Shown piece after piece: positions 32,765 to 42,505 of a DNA stretch of 64,000 bases. Source of the stretch: Nitrososphaerales archaeon. GTDB taxonomy: Archaea; Thermoproteota; Nitrososphaeria; Nitrososphaerales; UBA213. The stretch lies in the NCBI GenBank assembly GCA_965197925.1, contig CBDAOC010000020.1, positions 1 through 64,000 on the forward strand, read 5' to 3'. Numbering within the stretch: position 1 is the first letter of the stretch; the number at the start of each line of letters is the position of its first letter. The notes below the pieces were generated by a model that saw only the letters and a program-made list of their open reading frames with translations, had not been told where the DNA came from and ran no database searches. Made by a program: the position numbers and the translations under genes.

Positions 32765-33088
32765 GTGTTCTGTGAGAATTGCGGGCATCATGCCAGCGTA
32801 ACCGAACACAAATGCATGTGCTGTTTCGGCAGGGTCAGACTATACAAAAGAAATAACAGGTGGCTGATAACCATCCTGAACCTCGCTGCAAGACAGTACA
32901 AGCGGCAGGCGGAAAGGTTCCTTCTGTTCCCGGAGGACAACATTTCTGTCACGATAGAACGCAAGGGAATCATTTACAAAATTCCAATCAAGATTATCGC
33001 ACTCTGGATGCAGAACCTTCCCCGGCATGAAACCTTGGCTTATGCCTATGACAACATATCAACACAACATATCAACGCTATAATTTAA
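32765..33088 (+). CDS. Zn-ribbon hypothetical protein
   Basis: CxxC...CxCC at the N-terminus. Confidence 0.55.
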   Translation: MFCENCGHHASVTEHKCMCCFGRVRLYKRNNRWLITILNLAARQYKRQAERFLLFPEDNISVTIERKGIIYKIPIKIIALWMQNLPRHETLAYAYDNISTQHINAII

Positions 33089-33154
33089 TAATATTAGTGT
33101 ACACTTAGTATATATATACTAAATGTATGTCTAATGATCATGGGCAAATAGAAA

Positions 33155-33337
33155 ATGACCGAAGATCCACATACCATAACATTTAGTGATGAGGGAGTTT
33201 TTACAACTACGGAGCAAGACCTAACAGAAGAAGAAAAAGAGCAAATTAGGGAAAGCAGAGAAAATATTGCTAGTGGTAAAGCACGACTGTTCAAAAATGT
33301 CGACGAATACTTAAAATCCCTAGATGAAGATGAATAG
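33155..33337 (+). CDS. Putative type II antitoxin
   Basis: Acidic 60 aa with LTEEE...I.ES...I..GK...F..VDE pattern, upstream of the toxin. Confidence 0.7.
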   Translation: MTEDPHTITFSDEGVFTTTEQDLTEEEKEQIRESRENIASGKARLFKNVDEYLKSLDEDE

Positions 33338-33346
33338 TAGAATTGT

Positions 33347-33634
33347 TTGTCAGATGAATTAGATTGGCAAATTAAAGAGCCGCCAAACATGCGAAAAATA
33401 TTCAAAAGATTAGGAAATCCTGAAAAAAATCAATATCGTACAGCAATTCTCACGCTTACTCAATCTGAGAATCCAAAAAATCTTGGGAATTATAAGAACA
33501 GTCTAGGTTGTTTCACTTATGATATTACAAAATCTTTTAGAATTACATTTAGTATAGATTATGAAAATCGAATTATAAATATCCTAAGCATAGGAGATCA
33601 CAAACAAACCTATGGTAAGGACAAACATCACTAA
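33347..33634 (+). CDS. RelE/ParE-superfamily toxin
   Basis: Basic 95 aa, FRITFSID...I.I..IGDHKQTY. Confidence 0.75.
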   Translation: MSDELDWQIKEPPNMRKIFKRLGNPEKNQYRTAILTLTQSENPKNLGNYKNSLGCFTYDITKSFRITFSIDYENRIINILSIGDHKQTYGKDKHH

Positions 33635-33976
33635 TGGTCAGGGAAAGAACGCTTCTTTCAAGAATTACTATACCTTCGCCTATTCTTGGTTGTAATTAGT
33701 CTCTTGTAGCGAATTTATTTTGACTAGTTTTACCGCTTGATAAATTGCCGAGTTGTGAGATAGCTTCTGAAATTAAATTCAGGAACCCAGAGCGAATGTA
33801 CCATGTACCTAAAATCAAACTACCCGCCAATGGGAGAGTTAGACCCTGACGGAGGAGGCCTCCATCTATGTTTTTCCAGAATCTTCCGCACGTCCGCAAT
33901 CTACCAAGCGTATTTTGTAGCGATGCAGGTGAAAATCTTTGGCAGGATACTGACCAATTTACAAAACACGACATTA

Positions 33977-34291
33977 TTAAAATCGAAAATTAAATACATT
34001 GCCTACACCAAAAGGATCACTCTCACGTGACTGTTGACGCTTTTGTGCTCTGGCATGACTCTGTTTACTGGTTCTTACAGCATGACAATTTGCACATAAT
34101 GCACGCAAATTGCTTGGTTTGTTGTTACTACGATTACCATCAATGTGATCTATGCTGGGTCGTCTTTGTGCATTAAACTCTTCATGACATTCCTTACATT
34201 TGAACTTCTGTCTAACTAAAATATCATATTTCAAACCAGCACTTACACCACGCCTTTTTTTCTGACCAGAAAACCAGGTCAACACAATCAC
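33977..34291 (-). CDS. HNH endonuclease
   Basis: CKEC...DHIDGN.SNN..SNL.ALCANCH. Confidence 0.9.
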   Translation of the reverse strand: MIVLTWFSGQKKRRGVSAGLKYDILVRQKFKCKECHEEFNAQRRPSIDHIDGNRSNNKPSNLRALCANCHAVRTSKQSHARAQKRQQSRESDPFGVGNVFNFRF

Positions 34292-34350
34292 TCATTGAGC
34301 AAATTTCTCTAACACAAACCGTTTAATTTTACCCATATCAATGAATTAAC

Positions 34351-34770
34351 TTAACCTTTGTGCCGCTCTTTCTTGTCTGACACTTTTGCTAATGCTTGGA
34401 GAGGTTTAAACCCAATTTCCACCAATTTTTTATACACTTCAGGAATAGCATAACAAAAACCAATATGCACACATTCTTTCGCCTCATGATACAGGCAATA
34501 TAGATTAGAATTCTTAATTTGGACTTCTATCAAACGATCAAGATTATAATCACGTAGTAAGAGACTATCACCTTCTGGACCAATCCAGCTAATAAACGGT
34601 CCATATCGTGAAAGATAATCACTGTCTTCCAATTTTATCAGTAGATATTCATTTAACCATGTTCCAAATTTTCTATTATCTCTCTTTCTAGTTTTTAATT
34701 CCTCTAACCGTCTTACTACATCCATTCTTAAGCCTACAGGTTTAGCCCCACCCTTGAATGGCATATTCAC
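34351..34770 (-). CDS. Putative regulator with C-terminal Cys/His (SWIM-like) motif
   Basis: LYC..H...CVH; divergent from a small RHH-like gene. Confidence 0.5.
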   Translation of the reverse strand: MNMPFKGGAKPVGLRMDVVRRLEELKTRKRDNRKFGTWLNEYLLIKLEDSDYLSRYGPFISWIGPEGDSLLLRDYNLDRLIEVQIKNSNLYCLYHEAKECVHIGFCYAIPEVYKKLVEIGFKPLQALAKVSDKKERHKG

Positions 34771-34846
34771 CTAATGTTACCTAATCTATATATATATAAT
34801 TAATCAAAGCCTTAAAATACCTAAGGTAAATATAGGTAACCTAGTT

Positions 34847-34993
34847 ATGGAAAGTGATGAATTTACGAGTGTTTGTATAAGGCGTAAATACATAAACATT
34901 CTTCGGAGAGTAGCTGACGATAACAAACGTAGTCTCGCCAACCAGTTGGAGATAATTCTTGACGAGGCGTTAGAATTGAAGGTGGAAGCGTGA
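34847..34993 (+). CDS. Small RHH/Arc-like protein, 48 aa, not in the ORF track
   Basis: Hand translation MESDEFTSVCIRRKYINILRRVADDNKRSLANQLEIILDEAL. Confidence 0.7.
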   Translation: MESDEFTSVCIRRKYINILRRVADDNKRSLANQLEIILDEALELKVEA

Positions 34994-35133
34994 CTACCAA
35001 CACATCAATACATGAGCATAAGATAAGATGCGCTGGATGTAACTTTCACAGTACAATAGAGAAGTGCGACTGCTCGAATTCAACCGATCGTGATTTTTTG
35101 TGCATGGAATGCTGTCAAGGTGAGGGAGTATAA
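34990..35133 (+). CDS. Small Cys-rich protein, 47 aa, not in the ORF track
   Basis: GTGA overlap with the previous gene; CAGC, CDC, CMECC. Confidence 0.55.
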   Translation: MTTNTSIHEHKIRCAGCNFHSTIEKCDCSNSTDRDFLCMECCQGEGV

Positions 35134-35240
35134 GGACTAGATTCGTCTGGGACAAGCAACGTGTAAAGAAACCACAGGATAAACAACAACTACTGCAGCA
35201 AGTCTATGAGCATACGGTCGGCAATCGATCGAAGGGTATC

Positions 35241-36530
35241 ATGCCAAAGAACAGGCAGGAGATTGCAAAGTTGATCAACCGTTCGGAACAGTGGGTATGG
35301 GAACTATGGCAAATGTTGGTCAGGGAAGGCAAGCTACAAAAAGATCCTACAACTGGTCGTCTACTCAGGTCAGAACAGGACAGGAAGCAGATACAATATG
35401 CAGAAATGGCAAGGTCTGAATTTTTACAAATTCCATCAGTCCAGAAATGGTTCAACGACTTGATGACCGCTGGAAAGAACGGCCAGCCAGCGGTATCGGT
35501 TAATCATATGATACAAGGCCTGAACGTCGTATGCAACACGCTGAACATTCACCCTGACGCACTTCTCCAGGATATTGACACAAGCGTTGCCCTGCTAAAG
35601 GAGTTTGAAAGAAGGTTCAAGGCAGGCGAGGCAAGGTACGCACGTCAACTCAATAACATCGATTTCAGTTCCAGGGAGATAACACGTTACACATCATCAA
35701 CCCGTAATTTCATGATTAGGAATGGCATTGCCATTCCACGTGGCATCACGGGCATCATGTCAGGCAAGAAGAAGCGTTTTGGTGCATATGCCAACGTGAA
35801 GCTTACGGACAGGGAGTTTGAACGGGGGCTCAAGTTCATGCGTGGTTATGGCTTTGAGGAATTATTTGGAGTGATGCACGAGGTCTTTCCCAGGACCAAG
35901 ACGGGAATCACGATGGTGAACAAATTCGAGATCAGACCAATCGATGCCAAGGGCGTTCATGGTGAGTACGCAATCATGTCGTTATACGAGTCCAAGACAG
36001 ATCGTGCCTTTGACAAGATGGCAATACATCCCAAGGTGATTGAAATAATCAAGCGTGTGAAGCACGGTGCAACGTTCTGTACTAACGACGTTGGCAGTAA
36101 TGCCCGTGTCATTGCACTGGAGAGCGAGCTTGCATCTGCACTGAGTGATTATTACATATCCCTGGGCAAAATTGACAGGGCGCATTACGACGAGCACAAT
36201 GGCATGCACCAAAAGTGGAATTATCCCAAAGGAACGGATGAATGGTACTGGGCAAACAAGCCCGTATACGTGTTAAGGCACAGCGGGGCGCATGCAGCGA
36301 TGCGGAGGACCGCAAGTAATGCAACCCTTGTAGCATCAATGGGATGGGATGATGTCAACACGCTGTTGAAGGTGTACGCACGCACAACTGCAGAGGCCAT
36401 ACTCATGCAGGACGTTTGTTACTATCACAATCCACCAGAAATTAAGGACGAGAACTACGATTACTTTTGCAGCATGCGGTGCGCTATAGGATATTACCAC
36501 AATGGTTCCGCACCTCATTTGAGGGAGTAG
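35241..36530 (+). CDS. Divergent tyrosine recombinase with N-terminal HTH and C-terminal Cys/His cluster
   Basis: FPR, ESKT, YVLRHSG, MGW and KVY in the canonical R-K-HxxR-W-Y order. Confidence 0.7.
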   Translation: MPKNRQEIAKLINRSEQWVWELWQMLVREGKLQKDPTTGRLLRSEQDRKQIQYAEMARSEFLQIPSVQKWFNDLMTAGKNGQPAVSVNHMIQGLNVVCNTLNIHPDALLQDIDTSVALLKEFERRFKAGEARYARQLNNIDFSSREITRYTSSTRNFMIRNGIAIPRGITGIMSGKKKRFGAYANVKLTDREFERGLKFMRGYGFEELFGVMHEVFPRTKTGITMVNKFEIRPIDAKGVHGEYAIMSLYESKTDRAFDKMAIHPKVIEIIKRVKHGATFCTNDVGSNARVIALESELASALSDYYISLGKIDRAHYDEHNGMHQKWNYPKGTDEWYWANKPVYVLRHSGAHAAMRRTASNATLVASMGWDDVNTLLKVYARTTAEAILMQDVCYYHNPPEIKDENYDYFCSMRCAIGYYHNGSAPHLRE

Positions 36531-36544
36531 ATGCAAGGAAATAT

Positions 36545-37394
36545 CAGCTCTGTAGAAACCATACTATATAGACGGTCAGTCATTCTGTGCATATTGTAAG
36601 CAATTACCCTAAATGTTAATTCCCTGTTCTGCATCTTCACCATTCTTGATGCTATATGGTCACCAAACATCCTCTTTACCACAGACAGTCTCATTCTTGT
36701 TTCTTTGATAGTATAGATGTGTATAGAACTTCCTCTTCATTTGCTTCCTATATCTTCCATGCGTTCTCCATATTGGAACATCTTCATATCTAGCTGGTAT
36801 TATACTGACAGCATCAAGTTCTCGTACAAATTCATGATTTGCTTCGCTATCATAACCCTTGTCTGCTACAACTTTAGAGTGGCATTATGTTTGATGCTCT
36901 TTCCATAATGTGTTTAAATTTATGGTATCGTGTTTAGGTGCTTTTTATCTTCAATACAGCTATTGCTCTCTTAATTCAGCACCTATCGATAGCTTGATGT
37001 ACTTCTTCCTTATCCCTGTTCTATCCGTATAGTATGATGATGCATTGCTGGATCTGAATCCGGAAGCGTCTATTCCTACCAACAATTTTCTAATCTTGGT
37101 GAGAAGTATGAATGAGGATGCCATTCTGTACAGCAGGGTGCCATTGATTCCTGAGGCAAACTTCTGGAGCGTTGTATAATGTGGCACCCTGCCTAGCTGC
37201 ATAAACATTCCGGGATGACATGCTTCATGCAACCATTCCACAAACCTTCTGCAGCTCTTCCCTTCATGCTGCCTGAATGCCAGCAGGATGGTATGCTGCC
37301 AGACCGTATGGATGTGGTTGCCCTTCCTGTGCATGTATGGAGGAATTCTGGCCTTCATTACCACATTCAACATAGTTTTGGCAAGTTTGACATA
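36545..37394 (-). mobile_element. Archaeal IS5-type element, frameshifted, 5' end detached
   Basis: PHYTTLQKF, IDASG, DKGYDSE.NH, YQRNKNET, IAYN; end CAGCTCTGTAGAAACC. Confidence 0.85.
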
Positions 37395-37597
37395 TCTAGA
37401 AGAAAATCGGAGGAGGAGAGGTTTGACAATAAATTATCAACGGTTTGACTATATGGACCATAATAATGAGGTATATAACCTAACTTAATTCCAGTCATTT
37501 CACAACAGAAATACATCAATTTTTGTGCAACCGTCTTGCCGTAGATTCTGCCTTGGGAATGTTGAGCAATGCAGAGCAGCATGTCAGAGGCGTCCAT
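37395..37597 (-). pseudogene. ywgA-like (Panacea/SocA-related) gene, 5' half
   Basis: GKT..QKLMYF, Y.PHYYGPYS; joins in frame to the half ending at 42419. Confidence 0.8.
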
Positions 37598-37628
37598 TAC
37601 TTTCAGAGATACGTCGTATGTATATATC

Positions 37629-37768
37629 TTCCTTGTTGCATAACTATGAAATCTATTACTGAATAATGGAATCATTCTATAATTGTGGTGCGAATTTCTG
37701 AATTTAGTTTTTAATTATTTAATCATAAGACGAAAAATTACAGAATTTTTGAGTTGTGCAACAAAGCA
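37629..37768 (+). mobile_element. MITE copy 3
   Basis: Same TIRs and interior, AT-drifted. Confidence 0.88.
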
Positions 37769-37980
37769 CTAAAAGAAGCAACGCGTGGTTTTTGCTGCCA
37801 ATCTTCTTGGGAATTGTCGGCGGCATCATTGCATTCTTTGTCTTGCGACAAGATGATCCTGTAAAGGCAAAAAACTGCCTGTACCTAGGAATTGTGTTGA
37901 TGATAGTGGGCATAGTCTTAAATGTCATCGTTGCTGCATCTTTTCCCGAGTTTGGTGCAGACTTTGATGTGAACATCTAA
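37769..37980 (+). CDS. Small two-TM membrane protein, N-terminus abutting the MITE
   Basis: RSNAWFLLPIF.G..GGIIA.F.LR.DDP.KAKNCL. Confidence 0.7.
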
Positions 37981-38114
37981 AAAAAATGCGTGTCACTTCA
38001 GACAGCATCTTTAGATCTGCAAATTACTGCAATATGGGCTGATCTCAACGCGCGACTGCAGCTAAGATCTCATGTCTCCAAACACAAATAAAAGACAGAA
38101 GAGAGTTTCCACAG

Positions 38115-38579
38115 ATGGCAAAAAAGACGCTTTATCTTGCAAACCCGTACGGATTCTCTGAACAGCAAAAAGCCGGACCGCTGCAAGATCTTGTAAGGAC
38201 GCTAAATGACCTTGGGGCCAAAGTGTGGGAGCCGTTTGAGCGAAACAACCAGGACAGTGTGTCATCAGCTGACAATCCCTACAAAATCGGCCGTGCTGAC
38301 ATGCAGGATGTCAGGGACGCTGACGGCATCTTTGCAGTTGCCAACGGGACGCCGCCAGATGAGGGCGTAATGGTTGAGCTTGGCATGGCAATTGCATGGG
38401 GCAAGGAGGTCTTTTTGTTCCGTGACGACTTTCGAAGATGCGCTGACAGCAGCATGTATCCGCTCAACCTGATGCTGTTTACAGGCCTGCCAGAAAACGG
38501 CTGGCAAGACTGGTACTATACCAACATAGCCGAGCTTGCAGATCCAGAGAAGGCCTTAGTAAAGTGGCTTAACAAATAA
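38115..38579 (+). CDS. Nucleoside 2-deoxyribosyltransferase family protein
   Basis: YLANPYGF, DEGVMVELG.AIA, NLML. Confidence 0.88.
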   Translation: MAKKTLYLANPYGFSEQQKAGPLQDLVRTLNDLGAKVWEPFERNNQDSVSSADNPYKIGRADMQDVRDADGIFAVANGTPPDEGVMVELGMAIAWGKEVFLFRDDFRRCADSSMYPLNLMLFTGLPENGWQDWYYTNIAELADPEKALVKWLNK

Positions 38580-38913
38580 CCTGCTGCTGTAAAGAAGGCA
38601 GTCACACGGGTTTTGGTAAATTTTGTTTGATCATATTATTAGAATCTGTCAGAACCTGATGATTGCTCAATCCAGAAAAAACCATTTTAGACTTTCTATC
38701 TTTTTAGCATATGACAATATGGCTGTAAAAAGAATCGTTATTGATGTGTCATAGTGGGCCGAAGGTATTTCTAAAAATAAAATAAGAAAATATTCTTCAA
38801 ACTATCCAAGAACAGTCGCAAAAGTTGCTTTGGATGTTGTTGCCAGATCAACTAACAAGCCAACTGCAAAGATGCGGCCATCCTTTAACAGCCTGCCAGA
38901 CAAAATGTCACAA

Positions 38914-39177
38914 CTAGATCATGTTATCCAGGTTATTTTTATCAATTCCCACCACCTCTTTTTTTATCCATGCAGGATTGTTTACGGTAAACACAAGAAC
39001 CGAATCCTCGCCATCCCTTATCAGGCCAGATATTCTGGATTTTAGCTCTGCCAAGTTTGACACAGATATGTCTCCTTCAAAGACCGAATTTTGAATCCAG
39101 TTGAGGTATTGCTTGATTGTTATGCGTACTGCGTCAATACGCTCTGTGCCAATGTCATATGTTACTATGCAATACAT
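38914..39177 (-). CDS. cas2: CRISPR-associated endoribonuclease Cas2
   Basis: MYCIVTYDI, WIQNSVFEG, DSV. Confidence 0.92.
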   Translation of the reverse strand: MYCIVTYDIGTERIDAVRITIKQYLNWIQNSVFEGDISVSNLAELKSRISGLIRDGEDSVLVFTVNNPAWIKKEVVGIDKNNLDNMI

Positions 39178-40176
39178 TATCTCTGTCTGAATCCGACATA
39201 GTGTGCATCCTCCACAATGTGCTTGACTATCTTGTGGCATTCCATCCTCAACAGTCGCCTGTAACTCACATTTTTTTTCAGCGGAGACGTAGACGGTACT
39301 GTCGTAGACGGTACTGTCCAGTCTTTCATCATACTCTTTGACAAACGTCTTTCTCCCAGATTCTCCAAGATAGCAACCATTCATAGAGTCATCAAAATCT
39401 CCAGAGTCAAGCAACCTGCTGTTTACGATCTTAAATATTGCCTTATCCACGATTACAGGTTTGAACACCTCAGCTATGTCCAAAGATAATGAAAATCTTC
39501 TGTATCCAGGCTCGTGCAGATAGCTTACGGTAGGATCCAACTGTGAGTGATATATCTCAGTTACGGCGCTTCCATACATCATGCTGTTTCCAAACGATAT
39601 CAGCGAGTTAAGCATGTTTTGTGGTGGCATCCTGGTTCTTTTTTCCATCTTAAAGTCATCCCGCAGAAAACTGTCAAATAAATCATAGTATATGTTCCTG
39701 CAGTTTCCCTCTATTCCCATCAGCTCATCAACCTTACTACATGATGGTATCTGCCGTTGCAGCTGCTGTATTTTTTCAATGTGGACAGAGACATCCTTTT
39801 TCTTTGATTTGTAATAGCGCAGGTTTGCAAGCATGTTGTGCGTAGCTGCACGTATGAATTCAGATGCAAGATACATTCTTTTTTGTTGATTCAGATAATG
39901 CTGTACCTGCCGTACTGTCACCAGACCAGACAGGAGCTTCTCACGTGGGTAGTAGCTTCCAGCATAATTTCCATAATAGTTGTAAAAATGTATCACAATC
40001 CCCTTTGTGTTTAAAAAAATTATCAGCGCCGAATTAAAATCGCATTGTCCAAATACGTGAAGTGCCCTGACATTCATTACCGGTATTGATTTTTTCTCAT
40101 CGTCAGCAGATATTATCTGTATGGTGTTTTGAGTACGCTTGACTCTTCCTCCCTTGAATATGTAGTAATCGTTCAT
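39177..40176 (-). pseudogene. cas1: Cas1 (type I-B-like) with a 3' frameshift
   Basis: NT, YYG.Y.GS.YP, IEG, PP.N..N..ISFGN, YLHE, LDIAE.FKP; the natural tail VSYRRLLRMECHK is in another frame. Confidence 0.92.
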
Positions 40177-40614
40177 GACCAGCAGTACTCCGCATAGGCG
40201 CATTTGTCGCATATTGTCTTATATTCTGCAGCTTGAGGCTTTTTCTCAGAGATTATCTTGGCAGCGTCACGAATTACATTATCCAAAAAGACCTGTTTCT
40301 GTTTTGTCAGGACTACCTTTACCGTTTTTTTCAGTTTTGGATAGTTGAGTATGCCAGTTGTCTTTATTCCTAGTTTTTTGAGATGGTAGATGTAGTAGAG
40401 CAGCTGATATGCATGGGCATCATGAATCTTGTCGGACTTTTTGACCTCATGTATTACTCCCTTGTCAATATGGTCTATTGATATGTCTCCTATCCGGATG
40501 TTTTTTTTCTTTCTCTTAAAAGAGTCTTTGTCTATAAGACTGCCAATTTTTACCAGATCAGAGCTTGACTCAAAGGCAATGTTATGCGAGGACAGCCAGA
40601 GTTTTCTCTTGCAC
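40173..40614 (-). pseudogene. cas4: Cas4, 5'-truncated by the MITE
   Basis: CKRKLWL, ID..EVKKS, QL.YY, C..CAY...C; sequence upstream of the first Cys is MITE. Confidence 0.9.
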
Positions 40615-40752
40615 TGCTTTGTTGCACAACTAAAATGCTGCAATTTTTTGTCTTACGGCTAGATAATTGAAGATGCAGTCCGGGGATTCGCACCGCAATG
40701 ACAGAATAATTTCGTTATTCAGTAATGGATTTCATGGTTATGCAACAGGGCA
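40615..40752 (-). mobile_element. MITE copy 4, inverted relative to copy 3
   Basis: TGCTTTGTTGCACAAC...GTTATGCAACAGGGCA. Confidence 0.9.
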
Positions 40753-40768
40753 CAGTTATTATGCCTCA

Positions 40769-42097
40769 TCATTTGTGCAAGGTACTGGTGATCTTGAATC
40801 GTTTTTCGATGTATTGTTTGACACCCTCACGTTTTCCTTCGGGACAAAATACGTAGAATTTTCTTAAAGGTGCCGAGGATGCGGAAATCTCTCCTTCATC
40901 CTCAAAGAAAGAAGCGGAACCGTCACGTTTCTTCAATAATATAGGCAGTTCATTTTTCTCCGCAAGGTGTTCATAGGGTGTGTATAGTTTGTTTTCCAAT
41001 TTTTGGATATGAACAATTATATGATCTGGATCAATTTTCACTGATCGGGCAATATCCTTTTCCAATTCCAATTTTGACTCGGCGCTCATTTTTATTATCT
41101 TATCTCTAACAGTTCCGTCCTTGATTTCGTCCTTGAATATTCGTACTCCAAACCCCCTTTTCAGTAATCTCCTATTCATGATGTCGTTAATCATTTTTTG
41201 TGAATTTCCTTTTCCATTTCGAGCAATTTCTAGCATGATTGAGGCATCGTCCAATGAATAATAATATTTAAGAAATGCATCAAAGTTCTTCTTCTTTGTA
41301 GGAATTTTTAATTTAGATTTTGGAATTGTTCCATCGGAGACGGCCAACTGAAATGCTCGTAAAAACATGTCATCAGCAACAAGTCGTGTGTGGTGTTCAT
41401 ATACCTGTGTATACATGGAATAGCGTGCCAGCCTATAACCTTCTACCGCTTCTTTTCCTTTATCCGTAATTGCTATATGATGTCCGTCTTCAGTATTAGC
41501 AAGATTTCTAACGATTCTTTCAAGATCGAAAAAACCATAGAATGCGCCAGTATGGTAGGAATCCCTTCTTAGGTAATCAATCTTATCAGCATCAAGATTG
41601 CTAGAAATTATCTCTAGTAGTAGAGAATTGCACTTTTTTCCAAGTGCATTAATCACCAGTTTCTTTAAACCACCTATACCTTTGCTGAATTCAACGTCGG
41701 CATCAATGATAAATTGACTTAAGATTTCATGAGAAAAATTATTTCCGTTAATTTTCCTCATTGGAATTTCAAAAAGATGGGAAAAAGGCCCATGTCCGAC
41801 ATCATGCAGCAAAGCCATCATTCGAACGACCGTCCTGCTCTCATCATCCAAATGTAAAACACGGGCAATTCTGTCAGCTACATGAAGAGTTCCTAGTGAA
41901 TGTTCAAACCTTGCATGAACTGCACTTGGATAGACAACATAAGTATGGGACAGTTGCTTAATCCTAGATAATCTCTGAAATGCCTTTGTTTGAATAACAT
42001 TAACTTCTTGCCTGGTTAATCCAACGAATCCATATAAAGGATCGCGAACAAGCAGGAATTCCCATTTGTCATCATCCTGAACGTGTTTTCTTGTCAA
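40769..42097 (-). CDS. HD-domain phosphohydrolase (YwfO/SAMHD1-like dNTPase family)
   Basis: RDP, FQRL..IKQL, RFEHSLG, LLHDVGHGPFSH, DADKIDY..RD, QVY.H. Confidence 0.92.
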   Translation of the reverse strand: MTRKHVQDDDKWEFLLVRDPLYGFVGLTRQEVNVIQTKAFQRLSRIKQLSHTYVVYPSAVHARFEHSLGTLHVADRIARVLHLDDESRTVVRMMALLHDVGHGPFSHLFEIPMRKINGNNFSHEILSQFIIDADVEFSKGIGGLKKLVINALGKKCNSLLLEIISSNLDADKIDYLRRDSYHTGAFYGFFDLERIVRNLANTEDGHHIAITDKGKEAVEGYRLARYSMYTQVYEHHTRLVADDMFLRAFQLAVSDGTIPKSKLKIPTKKKNFDAFLKYYYSLDDASIMLEIARNGKGNSQKMINDIMNRRLLKRGFGVRIFKDEIKDGTVRDKIIKMSAESKLELEKDIARSVKIDPDHIIVHIQKLENKLYTPYEHLAEKNELPILLKKRDGSASFFEDEGEISASSAPLRKFYVFCPEGKREGVKQYIEKRFKITSTLHK

Positions 42098-42419
42098 GAC
42101 CTAGTGCCTCAAGAAGTTTGGAAGCAGTACGTAATGAATTTCTGGATCATTTCCATCCGAGATTCTTCGCAGATCTACTGATGTCTCTATAACTGGATGA
42201 CTTTTCTCTTTTTACAATATAGTTAACTTTGGCAGCGGTGGAAAGTATTTCAGGATCGAGATCTGCGATACGTTTGCATTCATCTACTACTTGGGAAATT
42301 TTCTCATGGAGGTTCGGATAGTTATGCGCCGCACGATTCGCAATAGCTTTACCGTCCTCTGTCAGGGTATACTTGTACATCATTCTCTCCCTATTGGTCA
42401 ACAATCTTTCTTCTAGAAG
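42075..42419 (-). pseudogene. ywgA-like gene, 3' half
   Basis: LEE...YKYTLTEDG, L..AAK, LGW; directly upstream of the HD gene. Confidence 0.75.
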
Positions 42420-42505
42420 GCGATACAGCAGATTAAAACTATTTTTGAAGACATTCTGCTAATGTAACCAAAACAGTGTGATTTTTAGCAAAACTAAATC
42501 TGTAT

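Noticed and set aside
38580..38913. CRISPR array or leader downstream of cas2
   Set aside because: No recurring 25-40 bp repeat with spacers is visible here or elsewhere in the window; a leader cannot be supported
37629..40752. Casposon (cas1 between inverted repeats)
   Set aside because: cas1 sits in a cas4-cas1-cas2 operon of CRISPR type, there is no PolB gene, and the repeats are a dispersed MITE
1..41930. Diversity-generating retroelement template and variable repeats in the HD duplication
   Set aside because: No reverse transcriptase is present, the repeat is 1.2 kb long, and the differences are not adenine-specific
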